From positions 310,001-374,000 of the forward strand of contig CP060757.1 of assembly GCA_023205875.1 (NCBI GenBank): a stretch of 64,000 nucleotides of DNA. Reading direction: 5' to 3'. Source of the stretch: Chloropicon primus. Its lineage: Eukaryota. A program made the translations under genes and the position numbers. Every line of letters begins with the position of its first letter. The first letter of the stretch is position 1. Below the pieces are notes generated by a model. It searched no databases. It was not told the origin of the DNA and saw nothing but the letters and a program-made list of their open reading frames with translations. Shown here in pieces: positions 44,465 through 54,553 of the stretch.

Positions 44465-46348
44465 TCACATGAGGGTGTACGAGGGACCCCCGCCGCCCTC
44501 GGGGACCGTCCAGCAGATGTTCTGCGTTGGATCCTTGATATCGCAAGCTTTGCAGTGGAGGCAGTTCTGCGCGTTGATCTGCAGCTTGAGGCTAGGCCCG
44601 TCTTCCCCCCTCGCCGCCTCTTCGTCTTCCACGTACTCGTAGACCCCGGCAGGGCAGTACCTCGTCTCCGGCCCGTCGTAGACCGCCATGTTTTGATCGT
44701 AAACCACTTGATCGTCTCTCAACTTCAAGTGAGCAGGCTGGTCGTGGTCGTGATTGGTGCCGCTCCTGTAGAGCGAGGTAGGGATGTCAAAGGTGATCTC
44801 CCCGTCGGGAGAGGGATAGGAGATCGGAGCATACGAGTCCGCCCTCTCGAGGCACTCGTTGTCCTTTTTGGAGTGCCTGAACGTCCACGGCGTCCTGCCC
44901 TTGAACACGAAGGCGTCCAGGGCGGCGTAGATCATTCCGGGGTACAAGCCCATGCCAAAGGAGGGCCTGAAGTTTCTCGCCGCGTACAGCTCCTCCCCCA
45001 CCCAAGATTTTCTCAGCCTCTCGTCGTAGTCCGTCATGTCCAGCGGAGGGAGCTCGAGCCCGTCCTCGCCCCCCTCCGACTCCGGGGCCCCTTCCTCCTC
45101 CGCCAGCTTGAGCTTCTCTGCGACCACCTCCGCCGCCACCATTCCCGACTTCATGGCGGTGTGGACCCCTTTGATTCTCGCGGCATTCAGGGTGCCCGCG
45201 GCGCATCCTATCAAGGCTCCCCCCTCAAACCCGCTGAAAGGGAGGGACTGCCAGCCGCCCTCCACGAGAGTCCTGGCGCCGTACTGGAGGCACTGCCCCC
45301 CCTCCAAAAGCGAGCGGACTTTTGGGTGGAGCTTGAACCTCTGGAACTCCTTGAAGGGCGTCAAGTACGGGTTCTTGTAGTCGAGGCCAACGACCAACCC
45401 CAGCGCCACCATGTTGTCCTCCATGTGGTACAGGAAGCCGCCTCCGTAAGTCTCCGAATCGAAGGGGTGGCCCGCCGTGTGCCACACTTCGCCCGGGTTG
45501 TGCTTCTCGTCGCTCACCTGCCACACCTCCTTTATACCCAAGCCGTACGTCTGGGGGTCGGCGTTGGCCTTCCCCTGCAACCCGAGGGCCGCCTTGATCT
45601 GCTCGGACAGCGAGCCCCTGCAGCCTTCCCCGAACAGCGTGACCCTCGCTCGGAGCTCTATCCCGCGCGCAAAGGTGTCCTTCATTGCCCCCTCCTTGGA
45701 GATGCCCATGTCCGCCGTCGCCACGCCTCGGACCACCCGGCCGGGGGCCCCGCCGGACCCGCCGCCGTCGTAAAGCACCTCGCTCGCCGCGAATCCTGGG
45801 AATATGTCCACCTCGTAGTTCTCCTCCGCGTGGGCCGCCAACCACCTCGTGAGAGCGGAGAGGGATATCACGTAGCCCTTGCCCTTGTTCTGCATCGTTG
45901 GCGGGCACGGGACCCAAAACGCTCGATTCGACGTCATAAAGTACGTCACGTCCTTGGTCACCTCCTGCCGCACGGGCACGCCTTCCATCTCCCTCCAGCC
46001 CGGAAGAAGCTCCTCCAGGGCCCTCGGGTCGAACACGTTGCCGCTGATGCTGTGCGCGCCCACCTCCGACCCCTTCTCGAGCACGCACACGCTCGCCTCT
46101 GGCGCCAGCTGCTTGATCCTGATCGCCGCGGCCAGCCCCGCGGGTCCCGCCCCGACGATGGCCACGTCGTACGGCATTTTCTCCCTCTCTTCCAACTCGC
46201 CCAACTCCGACGACGAGGACGAGCCGAAGAGCCTCATACCCCTCCACCCCGCCACGCCGCCCCCGTGATCACCGACCAACGCCGCGAGCGATCCTCCCAC
46301 TCTCCCCACAGCGCACGCCCGCGCAACCCAATGCCCTATGCACGACAT
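44465..46348 (-). CDS. ETFQO: Electron transfer flavoprotein-ubiquinone oxidoreductase, mitochondrial
   Basis: YDVAIVGAGPAGLAAAIR, IKGVHTAMKSG, GTNHDHDQPAHL, RYCPAGVYE and NCLHCKACDIKDP motifs. Confidence 0.97.
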   Translation of the reverse strand: MSCIGHWVARACAVGRVGGSLAALVGDHGGGVAGWRGMRLFGSSSSSELGELEEREKMPYDVAIVGAGPAGLAAAIRIKQLAPEASVCVLEKGSEVGAHSISGNVFDPRALEELLPGWREMEGVPVRQEVTKDVTYFMTSNRAFWVPCPPTMQNKGKGYVISLSALTRWLAAHAEENYEVDIFPGFAASEVLYDGGGSGGAPGRVVRGVATADMGISKEGAMKDTFARGIELRARVTLFGEGCRGSLSEQIKAALGLQGKANADPQTYGLGIKEVWQVSDEKHNPGEVWHTAGHPFDSETYGGGFLYHMEDNMVALGLVVGLDYKNPYLTPFKEFQRFKLHPKVRSLLEGGQCLQYGARTLVEGGWQSLPFSGFEGGALIGCAAGTLNAARIKGVHTAMKSGMVAAEVVAEKLKLAEEEGAPESEGGEDGLELPPLDMTDYDERLRKSWVGEELYAARNFRPSFGMGLYPGMIYAALDAFVFKGRTPWTFRHSKKDNECLERADSYAPISYPSPDGEITFDIPTSLYRSGTNHDHDQPAHLKLRDDQVVYDQNMAVYDGPETRYCPAGVYEYVEDEEAARGEDGPSLKLQINAQNCLHCKACDIKDPTQNICWTVPEGGGGPSYTLM

Positions 46349-46593
46349 GCCTCTCCCCTCACCCCTCACTCACGACCTCTTGCTTCTGGACTGCCCCAAC
46401 GATCTTCCGTCAAACGAGTCAAGCGACGGCTCCACGGAATTCTCCCAAACAGGATCTTTCCACTGGTGCGCTTCACTCTCTCCGCTTCACCCTCCTCCGT
46501 CCTCTGTCGCCGCTTTCGTCCCTCTCCTCCCGGTCTCCTCCTCTCGCTGACCAAGGGGTCTTGCACACTTTTCGGTCTCAATCTTCCGTCCGG

Positions 46594-46601
46594 GCGCCAA
46601 A
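46594..46601. promoter_or_regulatory. Candidate E2F site (GCGCCAAA) in the ETFQO/RNR2 divergent region
   Basis: TTTGGCGC match about 545 bp upstream of the RNR2 ATG. Confidence 0.3.
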
Positions 46602-47144
46602 TTCGTCAAGTGACGCGTCCACAGAATGCTCCCAAACAATATCTTTCCACTGGTATTGTCCTTTACCCCCCTCGCTCCGCTCCTCGCCTCCCACACGGCC
46701 CTCAAGTCCACCGCCTGCAACTAACTGCTGACCCACACCGAGGACGATGACGTGTTTTTTTTCGATTGATTAAAAGGGGAACGACGACGGAGCACTTCAC
46801 TTCGCTTCGTTTGGTCGGCGTCAGGCGTCGAGGAGAAGGAGCAAAGCGAGGGTGCCAAGGGACCGAACCGTGCGAAAGGCTTGCGATCGATCTTTACCTT
46901 TACCTTTTCGACTCCTCTCGCTGGGCCGGGCCGGGACGGGAAGCAGTTTTCGTAACGCACGGAGCGTGAACTTTTGCGTTTTGCGTTTTGCGTTTTGCGT
47001 TTTGCGTGTGTAACGGCCGGGGTGAAGGAGGGGGAGGAGGGTTTGGGGACGGCTTGGTCGAGGTGGCCGGCTGGTCGGTCGTGAGGTTTCGCTCCGGAAC
47101 GTCGTGAGGACTCTCGAGAGGGTTGACTCGGCTCGGTGGACGGG

Positions 47145-48412
47145 ATGGACGAAAAGATTATGCTGCAGAGGTCGCGCACGGGAAGCGACGGGAGCGAGAC
47201 GGAGGCCTTCGGGCGTCTGGGAGATGGCAGGAGGGAGAGCGAGGAGGAGGAGGAGATCCTGCGAGAGAACGACGAGAGGTTTTGCATGTTTCCCTTGAAG
47301 TACCCCACGGTATGGGAGATGTACAAGCAGGCGGTGGCGTGCTTCTGGACGTGCGAGGAGGTGGACCTGGCGGAGGACCTGGCGTCCTGGCGGTCCCTCG
47401 ACCCGCAGGAGAGGCACTTCATAAAGCACGTCCTCGCTTTTTTCGCCTCGAGCGACGGCATTGTGATCGAGGTGAGTATCGGCCCCGCGAGCAAGCCCAA
47501 CGCGGCGACACGGGGCGCTCGGTGCTGACGCCGCGCGCTATTCTTGACTCCTCTGCGTGATCCAAACAGAACTTGGCGGTGCGCTTCATGAACGAGGTCC
47601 AAGTTCCCGAGATCCGCGCTTTTTATGGCTTCCAGATCGCCATCGAGAACATCCACTCGGAGATGTACTCCTTGATGCTCGAAGCGTTTGAGCAGGACGT
47701 GGGCGAGAGGCACCGGCTCTTCAGGGCGATGGAGACGGTGCCGTGCATCAGAAGGAAGGCCGAATGGGCGCTCAAGTGGATATCCGGAAGGGAGAGGGAG
47801 GGGCGGGAGTTCGAGGTGCAGGACAAGGACGGAACGGTGACCATGATCGACAGCGGCGAGGACGGGGGGAGCGCCAGCACGTTCGCGACCCGGCTGGTGG
47901 CGTTCGCCTGCGTGGAGGGCCTCTTCTTCTCGGGAAGCTTTTGCGCCATCTTCTGGCTCAAGAAGAGAGGGATCATGCCCGGCCTGTGCTTCAGCAACGA
48001 GCTCATATCGAGGGACGAGGGCCTGCACACTGACTTTGCGTGCCACCTCTACAGAGACCTCTTGAAGAAGAAGCTCCCCGAGGACAAGGTGGAGGAGATG
48101 GTGAGGCAAGCCGTGGACATCGAGAGGGAGTTCATCTGCGACGCTCTGCCTTGCGATCTGCTCGGGATGAACAAGGACTTGATGTTTCAGTACATCTGCT
48201 TTGTGGCGGACCACCTGCTGGTGAACCTGGGGCACAAGAAGATTTTCGGCGCTGGCAACCCCTTCGACTGGATGGAGATGATAAGCCTGCGGGGGAAGAC
48301 CAATTTTTTCGAGAGGAGGGTCGGCGAGTACCAAAAGGCGTCCGTAATGTCCGTCCTGAGCAGCAAGGACAGGCAGAGCCAGTTCACGTTCACCCTGGAT
48401 GAGGACTTTTAA
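47145..48412 (+). CDS. RNR2: Ribonucleotide reductase small subunit; intron 47472-47569
   Basis: [53 protein letters not shown] and [11 protein letters not shown] motifs; C-terminal FTLDEDF. Confidence 0.97.
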
Positions 48413-48524
48413 TTTACAATCTCTTTTCATCCATCCTTTGGAGGCCACCCTCTCTCGAGGTGCGCACCTCGACGGGCGTAGGACCGACTTCAGAACAGGC
48501 ATACCCTCACAGCGCATACATAAA

Positions 48525-49781
48525 TTACAAACCCTTGCGGCGCTTTCTCCCTCGCTCGACGTACTGGTCGACGAGCGCAACAATGTGCTTCCCCTCCTGC
48601 CGCACTATAGCCTCCTCGTCCTTGGACTTGTCGTGCCTGGCCAGCACTTTACTCGTCGCCTTGTCCAAGATCGTGTGGAAGTCCTTCCCTCCCAGATCGT
48701 GACGCTTCAGCGCGTGCTTGATGAAGCCTCTCAACGAAGGCCTGCGCTTTCTCCCCCTCGATTCCAGCGCTTCCCCTCCCTCCACCTCCCCGTCGCTGCT
48801 GCTGCTGCTGCTGCTGAGCAAGCCGCACTGGGCCAGGTCGTTCTCGTGGTTCTGAGCCCTTCTGATCTTTTCCGCCCAGGCCTTGGCCCGGATGTCCTCG
48901 TTGATTTTCATCACGCGCCCAAGCTCCCTGTACACCTCCGCCTCGCCCCTGAGCTTCTTCTGCATCTGGATCGCTGCCTTCCGGTTGTGCCGACTTCTCA
49001 TCTCCAGAAGACTCTTCTCCGCTGCCTCCGACCTCGCTTTCGACGCGTGAAGGGAGGGGCGCGGGCCGTCCAAGACAACCTCGATCTCGGACTCGCTGTC
49101 CTCCCCGCCCGATCCAGCGGTCTCGGGAGGCGTTGGGACAACCCCTCCCTCGAAGCCTGCAGGGGTGGAGAGCGTTGCCGCCGGTGGCGAGGACGACGGC
49201 GCGGGCGGGGGGGAGCCAGATCCCGAAGAGGGCGTCGAGGGAAATTCCCTCAGCTTGCTCGAGGCCGTCGCCAAGAGGTTTCTGTACACTTGCTTGCTCT
49301 TGCTCCCCTCGTACAGCTCCTCCTCCGCGGCGACCGCCTTGGCCACCACCCTTTCCAGAAACCCCGAGTCCTTGTGGAGGACCTCGAACAGGTACCGCTC
49401 CACCAGGGCCTTCAGACCCGTGTCCACCAGCGTCTCCTCCCGCTCCGTGATCTCCAGAAAGGTCTCCACCTGAGCGAGGTGCTGCGTGAGCTTCAGCTGG
49501 CCCTGCTGCCTCAGCACCACCGGCACCCGAAGCAGCGGCGACCACTCGATCCTCGGCCTCAAGTGCTGCGGAAACAGACAGCGAGTGGGGCCAAACGAGA
49601 ACAGAGACGCCGGAGCACCCAATATAGATGTCCAGAGACGCAGGGCCGCACTCGCCTCCTCCGTCGGTCCACCTTCATCGCACGACGAATCCCCCACAGC
49701 CCCGAGGAGCTCCTCCTCCTTCTCCTCCTCCTCCTCCTCCGTCCCGAAGAGATCCTCGTAATTCAACAGCTGCGATTCCAT
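48525..49781 (-). CDS. Uncharacterised protein resembling the C-terminal part of plant At4g10930-like proteins (SRI-like C-terminal helical domain)
   Basis: RVPVVLRQ..QLKLTQH, A..EEELYEGSKSKQVY.NL and FIKHAL...KATSKVL.RH...EGKHI..LVDQYVE, recalled as similar to the plant family; not searched. Confidence 0.55.
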   Translation of the reverse strand: MESQLLNYEDLFGTEEEEEEKEEELLGAVGDSSCDEGGPTEEASAALRLWTSILGAPASLFSFGPTRCLFPQHLRPRIEWSPLLRVPVVLRQQGQLKLTQHLAQVETFLEITEREETLVDTGLKALVERYLFEVLHKDSGFLERVVAKAVAAEEELYEGSKSKQVYRNLLATASSKLREFPSTPSSGSGSPPPAPSSSPPAATLSTPAGFEGGVVPTPPETAGSGGEDSESEIEVVLDGPRPSLHASKARSEAAEKSLLEMRSRHNRKAAIQMQKKLRGEAEVYRELGRVMKINEDIRAKAWAEKIRRAQNHENDLAQCGLLSSSSSSSDGEVEGGEALESRGRKRRPSLRGFIKHALKRHDLGGKDFHTILDKATSKVLARHDKSKDEEAIVRQEGKHIVALVDQYVERGRKRRKGL

Positions 49782-50425
49782 CCTCCCCTGGCCTGGCCCC
49801 GTCACTGCCGTCCTCGTTCCTACATCATCACTCCCCCAGTGATTCCTTCGCCTTCCCCTTATCGAAACCAGCCTCAGCTTAGCTCATTCGAAAGACCTTG
49901 AGACGTACTTTCGATCGGCACAACCCTCGATCCCGATAATCGCGTCCTTCGTCCCTCAATCGTCGACCAAGTCCCTTCCTCCCTCCCTCCTCCCTCGTCG
50001 CTCGCTCCTTGCTCCCTCCGCTCCATATCAAGGGGAACCGACACGGCGGGGGTCTCGTTGGCGAAAGGCCTTTGGTGGGCGCTAGAGGGCGGCAGAGGCG
50101 GAGGTTGGAGACGCGAAAGAGGTCGATCGAAAGCGCTTCTCGCGAGCTTTCCACTGATACCTTGGTTGACGCGTTTGGTGGTCGGAGTCCTCGGCGTTGT
50201 CGACGAGGAAGAACGATTGGAGGAGAGAGACGGAGGGAGAGGGAGGGAGAGAGGAGGGTGGTGCGGGCGAGGGGGAGGGAAGAGGACGGAGGGAAGCGAA
50301 CGGAGGGAAGCGTCTTGTCGAGATCTTTCAGACGATACCTCGTGCGGTTGGGCTGGGTGGAGGAGTCCAAGGCGGCGTCGAGGGGAAGGCGGCGTCACGT
50401 GTGAGGGCGAGGGGAGGGAGAGGGG

Positions 50426-52690
50426 ATGAGGGTTGAGGCGGGAGGGGGAGGGAGGGCTTTGGGTGGAGGGTGGAGGGAGGGGAGGTGTCCGGGCTGCGCG
50501 CGGAGCAGGAACGGCTCGGAGGGGAGGCGGTGGGGGGCTGGGAGGAGGGGCTGGGGGGAGGGCCACGCTGGGGGGCGGAGGTGGGGTGTCCAAGGCCGTT
50601 GCCTTCCCGCGTCTTCCAGCGGGGGAGAGAAGCATGGTGCGAGTGCCGGAAGGGGTGGGGAGGCTTCCGCATCTTCGGGGAAGGGGACCGCTCAGGTGAC
50701 GGCGCCGCAGGACACGGACCCGTACGGCATTCAGACCCTGTGGCACGAGCTGAAGAAGTCCATCTCGTACCTGTCCGCGGAGGAGCTGCAGCAGTGCCAG
50801 CAGGCCCTGCAGGTCGCTTACGGTGCCCACAAGGGGCAGAAGAGGAAGTCCGGGGAGCCGTACATCATCCACCCCGTCGCGGTGGCGTGCATTCTGGGAG
50901 AGTTGAACATGGACTCGGACTCCATTGTCGCGGGCCTGCTCCACGACGTGGTCGAGGACACCGACAAGGTGAGCTTTGAGGACATTCAGTCCATATTCGG
51001 CCAGGGGGTGAGGCAGATTGTGGAGGGGGAGACCAAGGTGACCAAGCTGAGGAACGGGAACAGGGAGGCCACCAAGGACGACAAGAAGAACATCGACATG
51101 CAGCAGCTGTTCATAGCCATGACAAAAGATATGCGGATCATCATAGTGAAGCTTGCGGACAGGCTTCACAACATGAGGACGCTCCACTTTATGCGGCCGA
51201 GCAAGCAGGCCAAGATCGCGAGGGAGACGCTCACGATATTCGCCCCCCTGGCCAACCTGCTCGGGATGTACAAAATTCAGGTCGAGCTGGAGGACCTCAG
51301 CTTTCAGTACTCCATGCCGGAGGAGTACAGGGCGCTGTCCAGGAGGGTGAAGGCCCTGAAAATGGAGCAGAACCCGGTGGTGTACGAGGCCAGGAAGACT
51401 CTGCTCAGTGTCCTGGAGGAGGACCCCTTCTTCCAGCAGATTGCGGAGAGCGTGGAGATCCAGATGACGAGCAGGAGCTTGTACAATATCCACAAGAAGC
51501 TCAAGGCCAACGCCCTCCACCTGAGGGATTTGCAGCACATTTTGCAGCTGGCTGTCATTGTGAAGCCTTCCGCCCCCGCCCCGGGCTCCGGCTCTGGATC
51601 GGTCTTCGGCCCTGGCGCCGTGGCGTGTTACTACCTCCTTGGTAAGATTCATGACATGTGGGCCCCCATCCCGAAGTCCTTCAAGGACTACATCGCGAAC
51701 CCAAAGGCCTCGGGCTACCAGTCGATCCATACGACTGTGCTGCCCCTGGGCAGCGGAGATCTCTTCCCGCTGGAAATACAGTTGAGGGATGACACGATGA
51801 ACATCCTGGCCGAGCAAGGTTACGCGGCCCACAGGCGGCTCGTGGCGGACCAGGGCAACGTGGCGGCAGCCCCCAGCGTGGAGAGGGCCAACGGGAACGG
51901 GCAGGGACATGCTGGCGGCCTTTGGCAGGCGCCGTGGATGAACTCGTTTAGGAACATGAGCATGTGGGAGCAGGAGTTCGCGGGGAGGGTCACAGCGGAA
52001 GAGTTCGTTGAGACCGTGGTGGGGGACTTCCTCCCTCGGACCATCTTCGTCTTCACAAGCGATGGCACCCTCGTGAGTCTTCCGAAGGGGGCCACGATCG
52101 TGGACTTTGCTTACCAGATTGATGTCGGCAAGGAGATGCTGATGGCCAAGGTGAACGGGGTTCCGACCCATCCGAGCCAGGAACTGAAGCTGGCGGACGT
52201 GGTTGAGATTGTGAGGCACAGCGGGCCACCCAGCGAGTACATGCTGAAGCGGCAGTCGGAGTTCCTTACGTACGCAAAAGGAAGGAGCACCAGGCACAAA
52301 ATCATGAAGTTCCTGAAGAATGCCCCGAAGGAGAAGGCAAGCGGGAAATCGTCGGAGAAGAAGGAAATGAAGAAGGAAGCGATGAAGAACGTAGAAGATG
52401 ACCTCATCTCGGAGCGCTACCGATTCGGGGAGGTCATGTGGCTGATCCTCAGGTGCGAGGACGAGGTTGGGCTCCTTGCGACCGTCGCGAGCATCATCAG
52501 CTCCTCTGGGTTGGGCATCAGGTCGTACTCCGGAAGCAGCAATGACTACAGTAATATTTTCTTCATGAACTTTGAGTTGGCTGGCGATGCGGAGCCAGAC
52601 AAGATACAGGAGCTTTGCGACCAGCTGTACGACCTCAAGGCAATCGCGTCGTTTGCCATGGGTTGCAACTGGCAGGCCCCAAAACAATAA
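50426..52690 (+). CDS. RSH1: Plastid RelA/SpoT homolog, RSH1 type (HD hydrolase, degenerate synthetase, TGS, ACT)
   Basis: SGEPYIIHPVAVA, LLHDVVEDT, VKLADRLHNMRTL, FKDYIANPK.SGYQSIHT, TGS (GATIVDFAY) and C-terminal ACT. Confidence 0.9.
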   Translation: MRVEAGGGGRALGGGWREGRCPGCARSRNGSEGRRWGAGRRGWGEGHAGGRRWGVQGRCLPASSSGGEKHGASAGRGGEASASSGKGTAQVTAPQDTDPYGIQTLWHELKKSISYLSAEELQQCQQALQVAYGAHKGQKRKSGEPYIIHPVAVACILGELNMDSDSIVAGLLHDVVEDTDKVSFEDIQSIFGQGVRQIVEGETKVTKLRNGNREATKDDKKNIDMQQLFIAMTKDMRIIIVKLADRLHNMRTLHFMRPSKQAKIARETLTIFAPLANLLGMYKIQVELEDLSFQYSMPEEYRALSRRVKALKMEQNPVVYEARKTLLSVLEEDPFFQQIAESVEIQMTSRSLYNIHKKLKANALHLRDLQHILQLAVIVKPSAPAPGSGSGSVFGPGAVACYYLLGKIHDMWAPIPKSFKDYIANPKASGYQSIHTTVLPLGSGDLFPLEIQLRDDTMNILAEQGYAAHRRLVADQGNVAAAPSVERANGNGQGHAGGLWQAPWMNSFRNMSMWEQEFAGRVTAEEFVETVVGDFLPRTIFVFTSDGTLVSLPKGATIVDFAYQIDVGKEMLMAKVNGVPTHPSQELKLADVVEIVRHSGPPSEYMLKRQSEFLTYAKGRSTRHKIMKFLKNAPKEKASGKSSEKKEMKKEAMKNVEDDLISERYRFGEVMWLILRCEDEVGLLATVASIISSSGLGIRSYSGSSNDYSNIFFMNFELAGDAEPDKIQELCDQLYDLKAIASFAMGCNWQAPKQ

Positions 52691-52739
52691 AAAATATAAA
52701 AAATAAAACAAGTGCTATCTCTCTCTTTGATCAAAACTT

Positions 52740-54278
52740 TTATATTTTACAGTGGATCGTGTTCCATGCTCCCCGCACGACTTGGGTGCTCCATCCAGAT
52801 TGACGAAGCCGCTCCAAAAAACTCTCCAGCGCCGAGGTGGCTTCCTCCAGACTCTCCCTCATCAATTCCTCCTTGTTGGGGGACGGATCCGTCATCGCAT
52901 TCGACTTCGACTTCGACAGGAGGAGTTGAGCTTGGAGGACGGCTTGGATTACGTCAGAGTCTTCGGCCTCGGTTTTGATGCAAACCAAAACCGTCTTTCC
53001 CGCCAGGGTCAGCAGATAGCCTTCGCGGTTGTGTATCTCCAACACTTCGTTCAGGTCCAAGTCGCTCTCGTCCGAGAAGGACTTGAAATTGATCCCCACC
53101 CGGATCTGACCCGTTTGCTCCTGCCTAGAGGAGTACACCCCCTCCAAGGCCGCGACGTCACCAACCCCCAAGACCTTGTTCTGAGCGACAAAGTGCCTCG
53201 CGAGGACTGTCAATCGAAAGGCGTTGAGGTTCGTGAACTTCAACGCCTGCGCTGCCTTGAAACAAAACCAGTTGTGGGAAAGGAATATCGAGCCGTAGAC
53301 GGCCCCTGCCGCCAGCAAACCCGCGGGCGAGATGGCCTCGCCCCCCTGATTATCGACGACGGTCGTCAATCCTTCCGTCCAACGGAAGAGGCTGATCCCT
53401 ATCGGCAGGGCCGCGATCGCCAGAATTCTTCCCTGCGCTTCAAGCTTGGCCCTTATGTCACCCAGGTTCTCCCTCAGCGCAAAGTGGCGCAAGATTGTTC
53501 CATTGACGAGGGACTGGCGTCCCACGAGCGCCCCCGATCGCACGCAGTTCGCCAAGGCAGCTCCAGGGAGGAACCACCCCGGGTGCAGCGGCAGGAGAAT
53601 CTCCAGCAACCGCGCCATGTCCTCTAGCGCGGACGAAAGGACCCACCACCTCTTCGGATCTTCGTCAAACGCTTGGCCGCCGCGGCTGCCCACCGCCAGT
53701 GTCGCGACAGAGCCCGGGGCATCTTTGAGCACCCATTGCGTCGCCGCCGCAAGGGAAGCAGAGTATCCCAAGCCATCCACGATGGTGGAGGCCGTTACGC
53801 TCGACCTGGAAACTGCCACGAGCAAGGCCTGGGACGAAAGAACCTGAAGGACATCGCGACCAAACAGAGACAGCAAGTGCCAGGGAAGCCACTTTCGGAA
53901 GTCGCTCTGGACGCTTCCCGGGTAGCCGGAAGGGAGGAAGAGCGACCGAAACAGGATTCCAGTCCCACTCCCCTCTCCCGTGCCTCGATCCTTCCTTCCC
54001 TCCCTCGTCCACACCTTGGTCGAGGTCCTCCACACGGCCTCGTACTCCTCCACCAGCCAGGATGACGACGAGGACGACGACGAGGACGACGACGAGGATG
54101 ACGACGAGGATGACGACGACGACTCTGTTCTCTCGGCTTTCCTTGCGCACGCTCGCTGTCCTCGTCGGCGTGGGACGGTCCTCCACCTCCAGCGGGACGA
54201 GGGCACCACCTCCTCGCCCACTCTGCTCACCTTCCCCTTCATAGCGTGAAGAGTGACCGACCGCTCTGCCCCTTCCAT
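52740..54278 (-). CDS. Root-UVB-sensitive (RUS / DUF647) family protein
   Basis: LFLPSGYPGSV, WVLKD, FDEDPKRW, HFALRENLGDIRAK and LNAFRL motifs; poly-Ser in the N-terminal extension. Confidence 0.85.
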   Translation of the reverse strand: MEGAERSVTLHAMKGKVSRVGEEVVPSSRWRWRTVPRRRGQRACARKAERTESSSSSSSSSSSSSSSSSSSSSWLVEEYEAVWRTSTKVWTREGRKDRGTGEGSGTGILFRSLFLPSGYPGSVQSDFRKWLPWHLLSLFGRDVLQVLSSQALLVAVSRSSVTASTIVDGLGYSASLAAATQWVLKDAPGSVATLAVGSRGGQAFDEDPKRWWVLSSALEDMARLLEILLPLHPGWFLPGAALANCVRSGALVGRQSLVNGTILRHFALRENLGDIRAKLEAQGRILAIAALPIGISLFRWTEGLTTVVDNQGGEAISPAGLLAAGAVYGSIFLSHNWFCFKAAQALKFTNLNAFRLTVLARHFVAQNKVLGVGDVAALEGVYSSRQEQTGQIRVGINFKSFSDESDLDLNEVLEIHNREGYLLTLAGKTVLVCIKTEAEDSDVIQAVLQAQLLLSKSKSNAMTDPSPNKEELMRESLEEATSALESFLERLRQSGWSTQVVRGAWNTIHCKI

Positions 54279-54553
54279 CGTCAAGGTCAAGCAGGAAGAG
54301 TGAGGAGGGAGAGTTAAGGAGAGTATAAGAACTGTAGATGCAAATATCAGCCTGTTGTCATCATGGCCTTATCATCATCATCATCATCATCATCATCGTT
54401 GCCGCCGACACGAAACCGCCGCGTGCGTTGCATCTATCCCACCCCCCTAATGAATGGGGAACTTTGCTTTCCAAATTCCTTCCTTTGAAATATATTAATG
54501 ATTCAAGAGTCGTCGTACAAAAAAACATCTTTTGTTTGTCTTTTTGGCTCAAC

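Noticed and set aside
50426..52690. Degenerate synthetase motifs in the RelA/SpoT homolog as pseudogenisation
   Set aside because: Plant-type RSH1 is known to act mainly as a hydrolase, and the ORF is intact.
11402..54396. (GA/CT)n, (ACG)n, (TTTGCG)n and (ATC)n microsatellites (e.g. ~11402, ~15425, ~21520, ~25615, ~27990, ~46972, ~54371)
   Set aside because: Ordinary simple repeats in UTRs and introns; no terminal repeats or transposase to suggest mobile elements.
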